A stretch of DNA of 60,550 bases, counting the filler, from Sphacelaria rigidula (taxonomy: Eukaryota): NCBI GenBank assembly GCA_964200075.2. It is 10 parts of 10 records of this genome, joined end to end, with 100 filler letters (N's around TTAATTAATTAA, not from the genome) between each part and the next. Parts side by side here need not be neighbours in the genome. Positions count along the whole stretch, not along the records: positions 54,586 to 60,550 come from CAXNAA020023157.1; 9 more parts are not named here. One strand, 5' to 3'. The stretch's first letter is position 1; the number at the start of each line of letters is the position of its first letter. This document shows positions 58,991-60,550 of the stretch, piece after piece. The notes beneath the pieces are model-generated. The model had not been told where the DNA came from and made no database searches. It worked only from the letters and a program-made list of their open reading frames with translations. The translations under genes and the position numbers were made by a program.

Positions 58991-60550
58991 GCGATCGGGG
59001 GGGAGGTGGGGGCATTTCTTCTACGGAAGCAGCAACAACTGTGCGAACGCGCTTGTTACCGCTAAAAAACATTTATTCATACTACTCGGTTCCGTTTTCA
59101 CCCAAATAAAATCGCACCGCGAGTGTCTTAGGTCGTCTGACACACCCATGAGCCCTTCTTCGTGGAATCAAATACCCTCCCTATCGAAGGATCATCCTGA
59201 AGATACTCGAATGTTTCTGGTAGTAGTCGGTCACGGATAATAAGGTTATATTGCTGTGTTTCAGGTTTTGGGCTATGCCCTCATCGAGGTCAGTCATCAA
59301 CTCGTCTTTTTATCGAGTCCCTTGGGCCTCCGGTTTCTCCTCTACATGTCTAAGGTGGAGACAGCTTGAGTCTACAGTGTAACAGCGGATTTCAAGCTTT
59401 GGGGTTGATCCCTATGATGGGGTTCAAGTGGCTTATCTTTTTAGCAGCGATGGCGCGAAACAGTTACACCGAGCGACACCATCTTCTCCCCCAAATGTCT
59501 GCAGCACTTGAGCAGTTGTGGCTAGGTGCCACGAATGAATGCGGTGTACACGCGTGTCGATGACGATATCACCAGAGAGAGAGAAGCAACGACAGAGAGG
59601 AAGCTCCTCGCCCGTGTCTCCTGGTGTCCTAGCTCGGCCATTACTAAGCGCTCGAGAGACTGGCACCATGCATGTTACCAGCATAAACCGCACTTCTCAT
59701 GTGCCGGTAGACATGTCATATTGCTGCACGGCCCCCAAAGAACATCGAGGTGCGGAAGGATGTCGTCTCTTCTAGTCTATGGAGCTCACCAAAGCAAAGA
59801 ACGATTTCTCTCTGCTCCTTTTTGGACAGGACGCGCCTCTGTGAGCTGCAGAACACGTCGTTGAAAAACAGAACGATGTTCCCGTCACCGCTACTCTTCT
59901 ATGTCACACACATGCCAGCAAGGACGGTGCTGCGGCAATAACAGATCCAATTGGAACTGGGTGTGTGTTATTCATCGTTGATTTTCCCCGACATGTGATC
60001 CTCTGGGTGCGCGACGACAAGAGCGTGCCACACGCCACTTGGGGGGGGTATATGAGAGATCAAACACTTGTGGAGACCTTCTTGACATGCGGAGGGAGAA
60101 ACGATACCTATGGTGTTGACCTTACTGTTGCTAGCGTGGCGCATAGGAGTGCCTCCGTGCTGCAATCTGGAGCACACACCCGCTGCGTGAACATCGGGGT
60201 ACAGTAGCTTTCCGAAATTCCGATGTGAGGAGGTCATGAACTACAAGCTGGGGCGAGATATCCACGAGGAACAAGAGTGCTCTATCATCAACCACTTGTC
60301 GTTGCATTCGACACCCACGCCATCAACCGCCGACCGCAAAGGTCTTGTGGCTTTCAAGCAACGCTGGCAGCAGTACGGCAGGCGAACCCGATCATAGCCA
60401 ATTTTCGTAGCTCTACTGTACTGACTGTCGTCTGTACAGTAGTCACCGTAACAACATGCATGCACGGAATTTCACAACGGCTGTAAAAATTAAACAGTTC
60501 GAGTTTTTCAACTAGTTCCGCACAATTTGAGGGACTCTCAAGAGCTGAGG

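Overview
This is not one locus. It is ten unrelated eukaryotic contigs of exactly 5,965 bp each, joined by nine artificial 100-nt spacers (44 N + TTAATTAATTAA + 44 N), so nothing should be inferred across spacers. The source is most likely a brown alga (Phaeophyceae). Support: short GT-AG exons in long repeat-filled introns, an EsV-1-199-type ankyrin exon, an Ectocarpus-type multi-TM C-terminal domain and a nad4 NUMT. Host content is partial spliced genes: pyridoxal kinase, a multi-TM protein, an EF-hand protein, an ankyrin protein, a CFAP210/CCDC173-like protein and two coiled-coil proteins. Mobile content includes a decayed Ty1/Copia element (LTR-PBS-gag-PR-INT), a decayed Ty3/Gypsy pol, a frameshifted DUF6589-like ORF, several MITE/foldback families and tRNA-derived SINE heads. 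The most notable observation is a ~300-aa domain between RNase H and integrase of the Gypsy pol (about 21200-22100). It carries C5 DNA-cytosine methyltransferase motifs in the canonical order but lacks the catalytic PC and ENV residues. All family assignments come from motif recognition by eye; no database search was run.
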